A program made the position numbers and the translations under genes. This document shows, piece by piece, positions 8,740 to 18,257 of a DNA stretch of 64,000 bases. Where the stretch lies: the NCBI GenBank assembly GCA_050115495.1, contig JASFQK010000031.1, positions 19,113-83,112 on the forward strand, given 5' to 3'. This DNA comes from Phycisphaerae bacterium. Lineage in GTDB: Bacteria; Planctomycetota; Phycisphaerae; UBA1845; Fen-1342. Numbering within the stretch: the stretch's first letter is position 1; every line of letters starts with the position of its first letter. Below the pieces are notes generated by a model that did not search any database, was not told where the DNA came from, and was given only the letters and a program-made list of their open reading frames with translations.

Positions 8740-10788
8740 TTAACGCGCGATGACGGTGTCGCCGGCTTGTGGCGGCGACTCGCGCGGCGACGTCAGCAGC
8801 TCCGCAACGACCACCGTGCGTCCGGAGTAGCGCTGCACGACGCGCATCTGCCCCACCTCGCGCCCGCCGTGACGCACCGACACGGACATCCCCACATACG
8901 CACGCGGCAGTTCGAGCGTCGCCAGCCGCCGGCCCGCGTCGTACGTGCGTACCACGCCCTCCACCGCCGGCAGTCGGGTCAGCGCCCTTGCTCGCTCCAG
9001 GGCTCGCTCCGTCGAATGACGCCCCCACGGCGGCAGCCGCGACACCACATCATCCAACAGCGCCAGACCCAGCGGATTGTCGTTCCAGGCCAGCGCCTCG
9101 GCCGCCGCCGTGGCCACGCGATGATCCGGATCGGACAGCAACTCGACGAGCACCACCTCCGCCGACTCATAGCGCAACGCGGCGAGACAGGACACCGCAT
9201 CCAGCCGCTGCCTCGCATTCGCCTCAGCCAGGTACGCCCGCCAATCTGCCACGCCGAGCAGCACATCCTCGGTCAGATATGCTGGCGTGTGGCGATAGTA
9301 GATCTCGAGTGTGAGCACGCAGATCGCCGTCGTGTAGACGCGACTGCCCATCTCGCCCCACTTGCCCCACTTGGCCCCGTTTGAGCCGTACGGATCCCAA
9401 CTACCGTCGGCCGATCGGCGACGAGCACCGGCGGCCGGCCGATTCTGCAACGGCAGAATCGTGTCGCGCAGAACGGCGTTCCAGCGTTCCCAGTCACGCC
9501 CGCCGCGCTGGAACATCGCCACCGTGCCGTAGTACCAGTAGTACTCGCTGTGCAGCTCCGTCGGGTCGCGGCCGCGGGCCAGCCCCGTCGACGGCGGCCG
9601 CGCGAGCAGCAGCGCCGCCTGCCGACGCGGCATCGCCCCATCCATGCGCCAGCCGAGCAGTTGTGTGCACGTCAGGCCGGCGGCGGTCATCGACGGTCCG
9701 AAGCGGTACTCCGGCCGCCCGCTCGCATCGAGCTCGTAGCCCGTGCCGGCGTCGGCGTACCACACGCGCCCGTCCGGCTGCGTCGCCCGTGAGAAATGCA
9801 GCGCCGCCAACACCAACGTCCGCCGCGGCACCTCGATCCCCGCCGCCGCACAGGCATGCAGCGCCTGCACGACCCACGCCGTGATCGACGTGTCATTCCG
9901 GCCGATGTCCGGCCACGCCCGGTAGTCCCAGCCGCCCAGCGCCTGCTGAGCGCGCACCAGTCGCCCCACCGCCCGTTGCAGTGGCTCGACCAGCCGCGGC
10001 TGCCGCGTCATGGCGTAGTGCTCGGCGAGGGCGAACGTCGCCAGCGAATCGTTGTACCCGGCCATCTCATCGTCGGGACCAGGGCCGAACCCGCCGTCCG
10101 GCTGCTGCATATTGAGCAGCGCCGTCACTGCCCGCTCGACCACCCGCTGGTACGGACCACGCTCATCCGTGTAGCCCGCCCCGAGAAACGCCAGCAGGCA
10201 CAACCCGGTCAGGCCGGCGTCCAGCGACACCTCCGTCCGCCGGATTGCATGCCCGGTGCAGCGATCGCGATCCGGATCGAGGTCGGCGAAGTGGAAGCGG
10301 TCCCAGATACCCTCCGGCGACTGGTGGGCGGCGAGCCAGTTCAGCCCGGCCTCGACGGCGTTCTCTGTCTGTGGTGTACCGCCGAACTCGGCCACGCCAC
10401 GTTCGCGGGCCTCGGGTGAACGGTCGAGCTGCTCGGGTGTGGCCGGCCGCGTGGTCACCGGAGGCAGCGGTCCGCTCGGCGCCGCCGATTGACCCTGTAC
10501 ACGTTCGACTTCGACGATCGGCCCGCTCGGCTCTGTTTCGTCCTGGTCGCCACCGGTTGTCACGATCGGCGGAGGTGCCGGGCGCTCTCGAACAGGCGCC
10601 GCCGGAAGCGTGGCCGGGCCGGCGACAAACGGGGCCGGCCGACTGGTGACCGCGCGTGCCCCCCCGCCGACCGGCGCACGCGGCGGGCTCGCCGCAGGCC
10701 ACAATAGCAGCAGCGGCAGCGCCACCACGAGCGCAGTGACGGCGATGAGGAACAGCCCTCCCCAGCGTACCGACCAGCGGTCCAGCAT
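8740..10788 (-). CDS. Membrane-anchored prenyltransferase/squalene-oxidase-repeat protein with C-terminal HEAT-like region
   Basis: N-terminal TM segment and Pro-rich linker; QW-like repeats (GLNWLAAHQSPEGIW, LLNMQQPDGGF, AQQALGGWDY); YYWYYGT; HEAT-like LLSDPDHRVATAAAEALA. Confidence 0.8.
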   Translation of the reverse strand: MLDRWSVRWGGLFLIAVTALVVALPLLLLWPAASPPRAPVGGGARAVTSRPAPFVAGPATLPAAPVRERPAPPPIVTTGGDQDETEPSGPIVEVERVQGQSAAPSGPLPPVTTRPATPEQLDRSPEARERGVAEFGGTPQTENAVEAGLNWLAAHQSPEGIWDRFHFADLDPDRDRCTGHAIRRTEVSLDAGLTGLCLLAFLGAGYTDERGPYQRVVERAVTALLNMQQPDGGFGPGPDDEMAGYNDSLATFALAEHYAMTRQPRLVEPLQRAVGRLVRAQQALGGWDYRAWPDIGRNDTSITAWVVQALHACAAAGIEVPRRTLVLAALHFSRATQPDGRVWYADAGTGYELDASGRPEYRFGPSMTAAGLTCTQLLGWRMDGAMPRRQAALLLARPPSTGLARGRDPTELHSEYYWYYGTVAMFQRGGRDWERWNAVLRDTILPLQNRPAAGARRRSADGSWDPYGSNGAKWGKWGEMGSRVYTTAICVLTLEIYYRHTPAYLTEDVLLGVADWRAYLAEANARQRLDAVSCLAALRYESAEVVLVELLSDPDHRVATAAAEALAWNDNPLGLALLDDVVSRLPPWGRHSTERALERARALTRLPAVEGVVRTYDAGRRLATLELPRAYVGMSVSVRHGGREVGQMRVVQRYSGRTVVVAELLTSPRESPPQAGDTVIAR

Positions 10789-10945
10789 GGGCCAGCCTCT
10801 CCCGTTGCCCGGCGCCACGAACGGCACCGGACACTCTCATTCTACGCGCCAGCCCAAGCGCCCGCTGAATCCCCCCGTCCCTCCGCGCAAACAAAAGTCC
10901 CGTGGCCGGCAACCGACCACGGGACCACCCTTCCCGCCCGTGCCT

Positions 10946-12628
10946 CTATTCGCCGTTCATCTGTCGCAGCAGCCGGCAGCGGCGCGAAAACTGCGCGTCG
11001 CCGTCGCGCGTCAGGTCACAGATCGAGCGCCACGTCGCCGCGGCGCGGTCCACCAGGCCGATGTTCTGCAGGGCCAATGCGAGGTTCGCCCGCAGAGCAA
11101 GGTTGCCATCGTACCGGGTGAGGGCCTGCTCGAATTCCTCGACCGCCAGCTCGAAGTGGCTGCGCTGGGCGAAGAGCAGACCCAACTGGTAGTGCACGTC
11201 CACGTAGCTGTCGTCGATGGCCAGCGCCCGCTGGAAAACGTCGATGGCCTCGTCAGTCTGCCCGGTCTCCTTGAGGCAAACGCCCAGCTTGATCAGCGCC
11301 TTGGCGTAGCCGGGGTTGATGGCCACGGCGCCGCGGAACGCCCGGATCGCCTCGTCGAAGTCACCGACCTGCCGCAGCAGCAGCCCGTAGCGATAGTGCA
11401 GATCGGCGTGCTGCGGCGTGGCTTGCAGGGCCTCGCGGTGCCGGCGGATCGCCTCGGCCAGCAGGTCCTGCTCGTCCTCGCCGTCGTCGTCCTCCTCCTG
11501 CCACGACTCGACCGGCTCGGTCTGCCGCTGCTCCGACTGGAGATGCAGGCGTGTGGCCTCGGTGAACAGCAGCGTACTGCTCGGTTCGAGACTCGCCGCG
11601 AGGTCCAATGTGGCGAGAGCCTCATGCCGATGGCCGGCGGCGTGCTGCGAGACGCCCAGCCCAACGAACGCCAGCATCAGCCGATCGTTCAACTCGACGG
11701 CCCGGTTGAATGTCTGCGCGGCGTCGATGTGCCGACCCTGGCGCAAGTGTTGTGTACCGAGCTTCACCGTGGCTTCGAGCAGCTCCGGCTGTGTGCGCAG
11801 GGCGACTTCGTACTGCTCGACGGCCCGCCCATCCTCACCAGCCTTCACGTACAGATCGCCGAGATGAATATGGAACGGCGCAACGCCCGGGTAGCGCGCC
11901 ACCAGGTGCTCGACGGTCTCGATGGCCTGTTCCAGTTCGCCGTCGGCGGTGAACTCGTCGGCCGTGCTCAGCGCTTCGTCCGAGAAATCGGGCTCAACCA
12001 GCAGCGCCTGCTGGTACTGCTCCGACGCTTCCTCCGGCCGGCGCGTGCGCAGGTACAGGTTCGCCAGCGTCAGCAGCACGTCCAGATCGCCCGCCTCGAG
12101 GTCGGCCAGTTGCTCGTAGCAGACCGTCGCCGTCTCGAAGTCGCCCCGGCGGATGGCCACCGCGGCCAGGCGCTCGTAGGCGTTGCGCAGCTCCGGACAA
12201 AGCTCGATCGCCCGGCGGTAGCTGGCCACGGCGGCGTCCATGTCGTCCGCCCGCTCGTGGCAGATGCCGATAGAGAATGCGATCGCCGGGTCTTCCGGAT
12301 CCTGCGCCTGGGCGATGGCCAGGTAGCGCAGCGCCTCGGAGGTCTGCCCACGGGCGTCGCACACGCAGGCCAGCCCGAGAGCCGGCTGCGGCGACGTGGG
12401 CACGAGCTTAAGCGCCCGCTCGAAAGCGGAGCGCGCCTCAGCCAGACGCATCTGTCGCAGGCAGGCCACACCCAGCCGCACCGCCAGATCCGCCGAGTTC
12501 GGTGATTCGTGGCAGCGGGCCTTCAGCCCTTCGGGCCGGTCTTCGGCCAGCCCGGGGAGCTGGTTCTCGAAGGCTGCCAGCAATTCCGCCAGCAACCCAC
12601 GCCCCAATGCTTCAAGCAGGTAGCCCAT
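10946..12628 (-). CDS. Tetratricopeptide repeat protein
   Basis: Many TPR motifs (e.g. ADLHYRYGLLLRQVGDFDEAIRAFRGAVAINPGY); GGAGG RBS before the ATG at 12628. Confidence 0.9.
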   Translation of the reverse strand: MGYLLEALGRGLLAELLAAFENQLPGLAEDRPEGLKARCHESPNSADLAVRLGVACLRQMRLAEARSAFERALKLVPTSPQPALGLACVCDARGQTSEALRYLAIAQAQDPEDPAIAFSIGICHERADDMDAAVASYRRAIELCPELRNAYERLAAVAIRRGDFETATVCYEQLADLEAGDLDVLLTLANLYLRTRRPEEASEQYQQALLVEPDFSDEALSTADEFTADGELEQAIETVEHLVARYPGVAPFHIHLGDLYVKAGEDGRAVEQYEVALRTQPELLEATVKLGTQHLRQGRHIDAAQTFNRAVELNDRLMLAFVGLGVSQHAAGHRHEALATLDLAASLEPSSTLLFTEATRLHLQSEQRQTEPVESWQEEDDDGEDEQDLLAEAIRRHREALQATPQHADLHYRYGLLLRQVGDFDEAIRAFRGAVAINPGYAKALIKLGVCLKETGQTDEAIDVFQRALAIDDSYVDVHYQLGLLFAQRSHFELAVEEFEQALTRYDGNLALRANLALALQNIGLVDRAAATWRSICDLTRDGDAQFSRRCRLLRQMNGE

Positions 12629-12640
12629 TGCTTCCTCCAC

Positions 12641-13234
12641 TCACTCCGGATGAACGCATGTCGCCAGACCGCGTTGCGCACTGGCCAGGTCCCCGTTGAT
12701 CTCCAGGGCGCGGCGATAGGCCTGTGCGGCCTGAGCGACGTCGTCCAGCTTCTTCCACACTTCTCCGAGCATCACGTGCACGTCGGCGTAGTCAGCGCCG
12801 TGGGCCAGCGCGCGCTGCAACACCGGTAGCGCCTCATCGGGCCGGTTCTCGGCCATGGCCACCCGCGCCGCGAGAATCAGGGCGTCGCGGTAGCCGGGAT
12901 TCAGTTCGAGCGCGCCGTCCAGCCAGCTCCGCGCCTCGGCATGTCGGCCGAGACGCACCGCCACCTGGGCCGCCGCGTATCGCAGATCCGCATAGTTCGG
13001 GCAGGCCGCGATCGCCTGCTCGGCCGCGGCCAGCACCAGCGGCAGACGCGGCGAGTCGGGCTCTTCGGTCTCCAGGCAAGCCAGGATCAGCTCCGGCTCA
13101 CGGCCGAACGAACGAGCCAGCTTGTCGGTGGCGGCGGCGTGTGCCGTGGACGCAGGGTTGGTCTCCGGCAAGGCCGGCCGCTCCCCGCGGACGGGCAAAC
13201 GTCGAATCGGAATGCGCGTACGATCGTTGTCCAT
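12641..13234 (-). CDS. Tetratricopeptide repeat protein
   Basis: About 3 TPR motifs (PNYADLRY..., YADVHVMLGEVWKKLDDVAQAAQAYRRALEIN). Confidence 0.85.
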   Translation of the reverse strand: MDNDRTRIPIRRLPVRGERPALPETNPASTAHAAATDKLARSFGREPELILACLETEEPDSPRLPLVLAAAEQAIAACPNYADLRYAAAQVAVRLGRHAEARSWLDGALELNPGYRDALILAARVAMAENRPDEALPVLQRALAHGADYADVHVMLGEVWKKLDDVAQAAQAYRRALEINGDLASAQRGLATCVHPE

Positions 13235-13281
13235 ATTCCTCGCCGCCGCTTACTGCCGACGAAAGCTGGTCCGCCTGTGGG

Positions 13282-13485
13282 CTATTCCGGCTTCTTTCCA
13301 CCTCGCGTACCGGCCTCCTCATCGGGTTGGATGAGGTCGGCCGGCGCGTTGCGGTCCTCGGTCCGCGCAGGCACCATGAAGAGCTGCTTGCAGTGCACGC
13401 AGCGTACAACCTTCCCGCGGGCAGAGTCCGGCGCCACCACTGTGCACCGGCAGTTCAAGTTGGGGCAGATCATCGTGACCGGCAT
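13282..13485 (-). CDS. Small zinc-ribbon protein
   Basis: CPNLNC...GKVVRCVHCKQLFMVP: two Cys pairs in a zinc-ribbon arrangement. Confidence 0.75.
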   Translation of the reverse strand: MPVTMICPNLNCRCTVVAPDSARGKVVRCVHCKQLFMVPARTEDRNAPADLIQPDEEAGTRGGKKPE

Positions 13486-13638
13486 ACGCTCAAACCCTTC
13501 TGTCGCCCCGGACTTCGTCCCGGACGCGAGTCGTATCGGTAAGATGAGAAAGCCCCACCACCAAAGAGACAGGATCCCCCGCGGTCTCGGCGCGACGGAC
13601 GCAACGTCAGCGTAAGGCGTGCCGAGTGCCCCCTCGAC

Positions 13639-15606
13639 CTACAATTTACCGGGAGCGGCCGGAGGATTTTGTTTTCGCCGAGCGCGGCGTTGTCCGCCGA
13701 CCGGCCGAGAAATGTTGGGTGACCTACGCGTTATGGGGCGGCGGGTCGTCGGCACCTCGATTACTTCCCGCCCGGCGAGGTACGCGCCGGTGAGCGAAGC
13801 GGCCGATTCGCGGAGGTCGGCGACGCTGCCGGCGGCCACCACGTGCCCGCCGCGTACGCCCGGTCCGGGACCGAAGTCGACGATGCGGTCGGCGGCTTCC
13901 ATCGTGTCGCGATCGTGCTCGACGACGATCACCGTGTTGCCCTGGTCACGCAGGCGTTGCAGCGACGCCAGCAGCCGCCGGTTGTCCCGCGGGTGCAGCC
14001 CGATGCTCGGCTCGTCCAGGACGTAGAGCACGCCGACCAATCCGCAGCCGATCTGGCTGGCCAGGCGAATACGCTGGGACTCGCCGCCGGAAAGCGTCGG
14101 GGCGGCGCGATCCAGCGTCAGGTAGTCGAGTCCGACGTCGACGAGGAAGCCCAGCCGGCCGCGGATCTCCTTGAGCGGCTCCTCGGCGATGAGGCGGGCG
14201 GTGCCGTCCAGGCGCAGCTCGTCGAAGAACGACAGCGCCGCCCGGATCGGCAGGCGGCAGACTTCGTGGATGTTCAGCGCCGTCGCGGCCCGTCGCCGGC
14301 CGCGGCCCGACGACAGCGTCACGCCCAGCGGCTGCGGCTTCAGTCGCGCGCCGCCGCAACGCGGGCAGGTCCCCTGGCGCATGAACTGCTCGTAAAACCG
14401 ACGGACCATGGCGGAGTTGGTTTTGCGATGGCGAGCCTGGAGTTCGGCGATGATGCCCTCGAACGGGCCGCCGTGCCGCCAGGTGCCGAAGCGCCCCTTC
14501 CATTCGTAGGTGATGTGCGTCTCGCCGGTGCCGTAGAGGAAGGCCGTGCGGGCCGACTCGGGCCATTTACCCCACGGCGTGTCCAGATCGACGCCGAGAT
14601 GTTCGGCGACGCCGGCGTAGATGTGCTGCCGCCACTTGCCCGGCGGATGGCGGAAGGCGGCGATGCACGGGGCGAGGAACGACAGCCGCGGATCGGGGAC
14701 GAGCAGCTCCGGGTCGAAGTCGTAGCGCGTGCCCAACCCGTCGCAGTGTGCGCACATGCCCTGCGGGCTGTTGAAGCTGAACATCTGCGGCTCGGGTGGC
14801 TCGAAGCTTACGCCGCAATCGGCGCAGGCGTACGCCGACGAGAGCAGGATGTCGCCCGTCGCGCCGCGTCCCTTCCCTTCGACCACCGCGACGATGGCCG
14901 AGCCCTCGCCGACGGACAGCGCCGTATCCAGCGCTTCGGCCAGGCGCGGCCGCACTTCCGGCGTGATGACCAACCGATCGACGACGACCTCGATGTCGTG
15001 CCGGCGATAGCGGTCCAGGGCCGGAGCGTCGCTCAGCTCCACGACCTCGCCATCGACGCGGGCCCGGACGAAACCATGCTGAAGCAGCTCGGCGAACAGG
15101 TCCTTGTACTCGCCCTTCTGTGCCCGCACCTTCGGCGCCAGCAGCAGGAAGCGCGTGCCTTCGCCCAGTGACAGGATGCGGCCGAGCATCTGCTCGCGCG
15201 TCTGCGCTGTGATCGGCTGGTGGCAGTTCGGGCAGTGCGCCACGCCGGCTCGGGCGAAGAGCACGCGCAGGTAGTCATGGATCTGCGTGATCGTGCCGAC
15301 CGTGCTGCGCGGGTTCCAGCCGCTCGTCTTCTGCTGGATCGAGATGGACGGGGCCAGCCCGGTGATCTGGTCGACGTCGGGCTTGGGCAGTTGGCCCATG
15401 AACTGCCGGGCGTAGGAGCTGAGCGACTCGACGTAGCGCCGCTGCCCTTCCGCATAGAGCGTGTCGAAGGCCAGGCTGCTCTTGCCGCTGCCGGAAACGC
15501 CGGTGAAACAGATGAGCTCGTTCTTCGGCAGCGACAGCGTCACGCTGCGCAGGTTGTGCTCCCGCGCGCCGGCGACGCGAATCGTGTCCTGCTCGGTGCT
15601 GCTCAT
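13639..15606 (-). CDS. uvrA: UvrA-like protein, N-terminal half only (single ABC ATPase domain)
   Basis: GAREHNL; Walker A GVSGSGKSS; YAEGQRRYVESLS; Zn-finger CxxC pairs; LSGGESQRIRLA; YVLDEP; VEHD. Stops at 655 aa with no second NBD. Confidence 0.85.
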   Translation of the reverse strand: MSSTEQDTIRVAGAREHNLRSVTLSLPKNELICFTGVSGSGKSSLAFDTLYAEGQRRYVESLSSYARQFMGQLPKPDVDQITGLAPSISIQQKTSGWNPRSTVGTITQIHDYLRVLFARAGVAHCPNCHQPITAQTREQMLGRILSLGEGTRFLLLAPKVRAQKGEYKDLFAELLQHGFVRARVDGEVVELSDAPALDRYRRHDIEVVVDRLVITPEVRPRLAEALDTALSVGEGSAIVAVVEGKGRGATGDILLSSAYACADCGVSFEPPEPQMFSFNSPQGMCAHCDGLGTRYDFDPELLVPDPRLSFLAPCIAAFRHPPGKWRQHIYAGVAEHLGVDLDTPWGKWPESARTAFLYGTGETHITYEWKGRFGTWRHGGPFEGIIAELQARHRKTNSAMVRRFYEQFMRQGTCPRCGGARLKPQPLGVTLSSGRGRRRAATALNIHEVCRLPIRAALSFFDELRLDGTARLIAEEPLKEIRGRLGFLVDVGLDYLTLDRAAPTLSGGESQRIRLASQIGCGLVGVLYVLDEPSIGLHPRDNRRLLASLQRLRDQGNTVIVVEHDRDTMEAADRIVDFGPGPGVRGGHVVAAGSVADLRESAASLTGAYLAGREVIEVPTTRRPITRRSPNISRPVGGQRRARRKQNPPAAPGKL

Positions 15607-15696
15607 CCCTTCAGCTCCGACCGTCCGCAGACGACAACGGCCACCCGCACCGGCTCGAACCGGCGCGGATGGCCGCCACTGCGAGCCGGTCGATCA

Positions 15697-16272
15697 TCAA
15701 CCGGCCAGCTCGAAGATCGACTGCGTCTTGACCAGCGTCCGATCGTGCGGGAACGCGTGGAAAGCGTGAATGTGGAACTCGGAGTCGCGGGCTTCGTGAT
15801 CCATGTAGCTGAACGGCACGAGCTCACCCTCGCCCCACTGGTCGTACGGCACGTACCAGCCGCGCTTCTGCGCGTGGCGCAGCAGGTCGTTGTGCACGGA
15901 CTTGTACAGCGGCTCGTCCATCGTCTCGACCTGGCTGCTGATCATGTGGCACCAGCCATCCGGCAGGCGCCGCTCCTGGTCGCGCTCGCCCTTGAGGCGG
16001 AAACGCGAGATCAAACCGCGCGTCGGCAGCAGGTCGCTGTCCGGACACAGCACTTCGGTGACCGAGCGCTGGCCGCGCGTCAGCGTGACCACGTGGCTCA
16101 GCCCGACGATCCAGATATCCGTATGGTACTGCCCCTGCGACACACGGTACGCCGCGTAGTGCCGGAACAGCTCCGGGTGCAACGGGCGGTCGTACAGCAG
16201 CAGGTGCAAGTCTGCCGCCTGCAATACCGTGGTGGTCGGATCCAAACGTTTAATGGTGTTCTCTGTTGACAT
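15697..16272 (-). CDS. DUF2617-like conserved protein
   Basis: LYDRPLHPELF...HAFHAFPHDRTLVKTQSIFE matches my recollection of DUF2617; not searched. Confidence 0.65.
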   Translation of the reverse strand: MSTENTIKRLDPTTTVLQAADLHLLLYDRPLHPELFRHYAAYRVSQGQYHTDIWIVGLSHVVTLTRGQRSVTEVLCPDSDLLPTRGLISRFRLKGERDQERRLPDGWCHMISSQVETMDEPLYKSVHNDLLRHAQKRGWYVPYDQWGEGELVPFSYMDHEARDSEFHIHAFHAFPHDRTLVKTQSIFELAG

Positions 16273-16408
16273 CGCGAACCTTGAACCCTGCGACAAAACC
16301 TGATTTTAACGCGTCTTGCGACGAAACCAAACGAAATCGCACTCGCCGATCGCACGAGCCCCTTTGTAGTACGTCGGCCGGTCGCCGACAGTTCATCTCC
16401 GGAAGCCC

Positions 16409-16741
16409 TCACGCCTCGCCCGCGCCGCCCGCACCGAGCGAGCGCAGCAGGCCGAAGTCGTACAGCCCCGTCGCGTGCCCGTCGTTCCAGACAATGCGCA
16501 GGGCATAATTGCCGACGAGCTCGGCGGTGCGAACCGTCACCATGTCCACCTGTCGCGCCGGCGGCTGCATCACGCGCAACGGATTCGCCGCCTCGGCCGC
16601 ACGCTGCTCCCGGCAGGCAGCACAGGGGCATTCCCGACGCAGGTGAGCGAGCGGGTGAACCGTTTCCACGCCGTCCGCCCAGCGGATCCGCAACTCGCGC
16701 GTGCGGTCCAGGTCCAGGGCGACCGGCTGTTCGGCGTTCAC
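16409..16741 (-). CDS. DUF971 / GBBH-like N-terminal domain protein
   Basis: LRIRWADG...LRRECPCAAC...VGNYALRIVWNDGHATGLYDFGLL. Confidence 0.88.
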   Translation of the reverse strand: MNAEQPVALDLDRTRELRIRWADGVETVHPLAHLRRECPCAACREQRAAEAANPLRVMQPPARQVDMVTVRTAELVGNYALRIVWNDGHATGLYDFGLLRSLGAGGAGEA

Positions 16742-16996
16742 GTTCTCACATCCGTCCGCACGCAACGCGGTACCTCGCCTGGCAGGTTACCACAGCAAAT
16801 GCTGTACCTATCCCCGGTTCCTCGCCGCCCACCAGCGGGGAACCCGGCAACCCGACCACCTCTTGTCTTCTTCCGACCCCAGCCGGCCCCGGCGGTAGTC
16901 CCCTGCGTCAACCGCCCGACCCATAAACCGGACGGCGTGCCCTCGCCAGGACTTCTGTCTTGCTGCCGCCGCGGAGCATCACTGCCCCGCGACGCG

Positions 16997-18079
16997 CTAC
17001 TCCCGCGTCTCGCCGGCGGCGACCGCCTCCGCCGACCTCCGTCGCCCGCGCGACCGCGTGGTCTTGGCCGAGCTGGCCGGGCGGGCCGCGAAAAACGCCC
17101 CCAGACCGCGCAGACGCTCGTAGCGCCGGCGCAACAACGTGTCGATCCGCACGCGCCGCAGGTCCCGGACCTTCTGACTGATCCAGTCCTCCAGCGTCTT
17201 CGCCGCCACCTGCGGGTCGCGGTGCGCCCCGCCCAGCGGTTCGTCGATGACCGCGTCGATGATCTCCAGGCGCTTCAGGTTCTTCGGCGTCAGCTTCAGC
17301 GCCTCGGCCGCCAGCGGAGCCTGCTCGCCCGACTTCCACAAGATCGCCGCACAGCCCTCCGGGCTGATCACCGAGTAATACGCGTATTCCATGACGGCGA
17401 CCTGGTCGGCGACGGCGATGCCCAGGGCCCCGCCGCTGCCGCCCTCCCCGATCACCACCGCCACGATCGGCGTCGGCAGCCGGGACATCTCGGCCAGGTT
17501 GACCGCGATGGCACTGGCAATGCCCCGCTCCTCCGCCTCGACCCCCGGATAGGCCCCTGGCGTATCTACTAAGCAGACGATAGGGACCTTGAACTTCGCC
17601 GCCAGCTTCATCTTGGCCAGCGCCTTGCGATACCCTTCCGGGTGGGCGCAGCCAAAGTTCGACTCGATCTTTTCCTTCGTGTCGCGGCCTTTCTGGTGGC
17701 CGACGATCATGACCCGCTGGCCGCCGATCCGGGCGAACCCGCAGACCATGGCCCGGTCGTCCCCGTAGGTCGCGTCGCCGTGGAGCTCACAGAAGTCCTT
17801 GGCGATCATGCGGATATAGTCGCGGAGCAGCGGCCGCCTGGGATGCCGGGCGACCAAGACATGCTCCCAGGGGGTCAGTTTGGCGTACGCTTCCTTCAGG
17901 GCGATCTGGAGCTGTGCGCGAATTCCCTCGATGGTCTCCGAGAAATCGCGCCCCGACTCGGCCTGGGTGGCTTCGAGGCGTTCAATCTCCTGGGCCATTC
18001 GGGCCAGCGGCTTTTCAAACTCCAGCACGTACGGGGTCGCTGCACCCGCTCTGGACTGGGAGCTAGGCTGTGTACTCAT
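16997..18079 (-). CDS. accA: Acetyl-CoA carboxylase carboxyltransferase alpha subunit
   Basis: LEFEKP; ARHPRRP; ELHGD; GHQKGRDTKE; PEGYRKA; DTPGAYPG; GEGGSGGALG; YSVISPEGCAAILWK. Confidence 0.96.
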   Translation of the reverse strand: MSTQPSSQSRAGAATPYVLEFEKPLARMAQEIERLEATQAESGRDFSETIEGIRAQLQIALKEAYAKLTPWEHVLVARHPRRPLLRDYIRMIAKDFCELHGDATYGDDRAMVCGFARIGGQRVMIVGHQKGRDTKEKIESNFGCAHPEGYRKALAKMKLAAKFKVPIVCLVDTPGAYPGVEAEERGIASAIAVNLAEMSRLPTPIVAVVIGEGGSGGALGIAVADQVAVMEYAYYSVISPEGCAAILWKSGEQAPLAAEALKLTPKNLKRLEIIDAVIDEPLGGAHRDPQVAAKTLEDWISQKVRDLRRVRIDTLLRRRYERLRGLGAFFAARPASSAKTTRSRGRRRSAEAVAAGETRE

Positions 18080-18257
18080 AGGCACCTGAGACCTTATACC
18101 GCGCCAACGCCGGGCTCGTCGCAGCCCGGACCGCTTACCCACAAGGGCGAAATCCTAACCGCTCTGGAGCGCAAAATGCAAGATTAATCTCGTCAAACTC
18201 TGCGAGGCGGACCCTGCCGCCGGAGACGATTACAGCGAAACGAATAGGCATAAGACC

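Noticed and set aside
8740..10788. Squalene-hopene cyclase
   Set aside because: QW-like repeats are present but I saw no DxDD catalytic motif, and the TM + single barrel + HEAT architecture does not fit.
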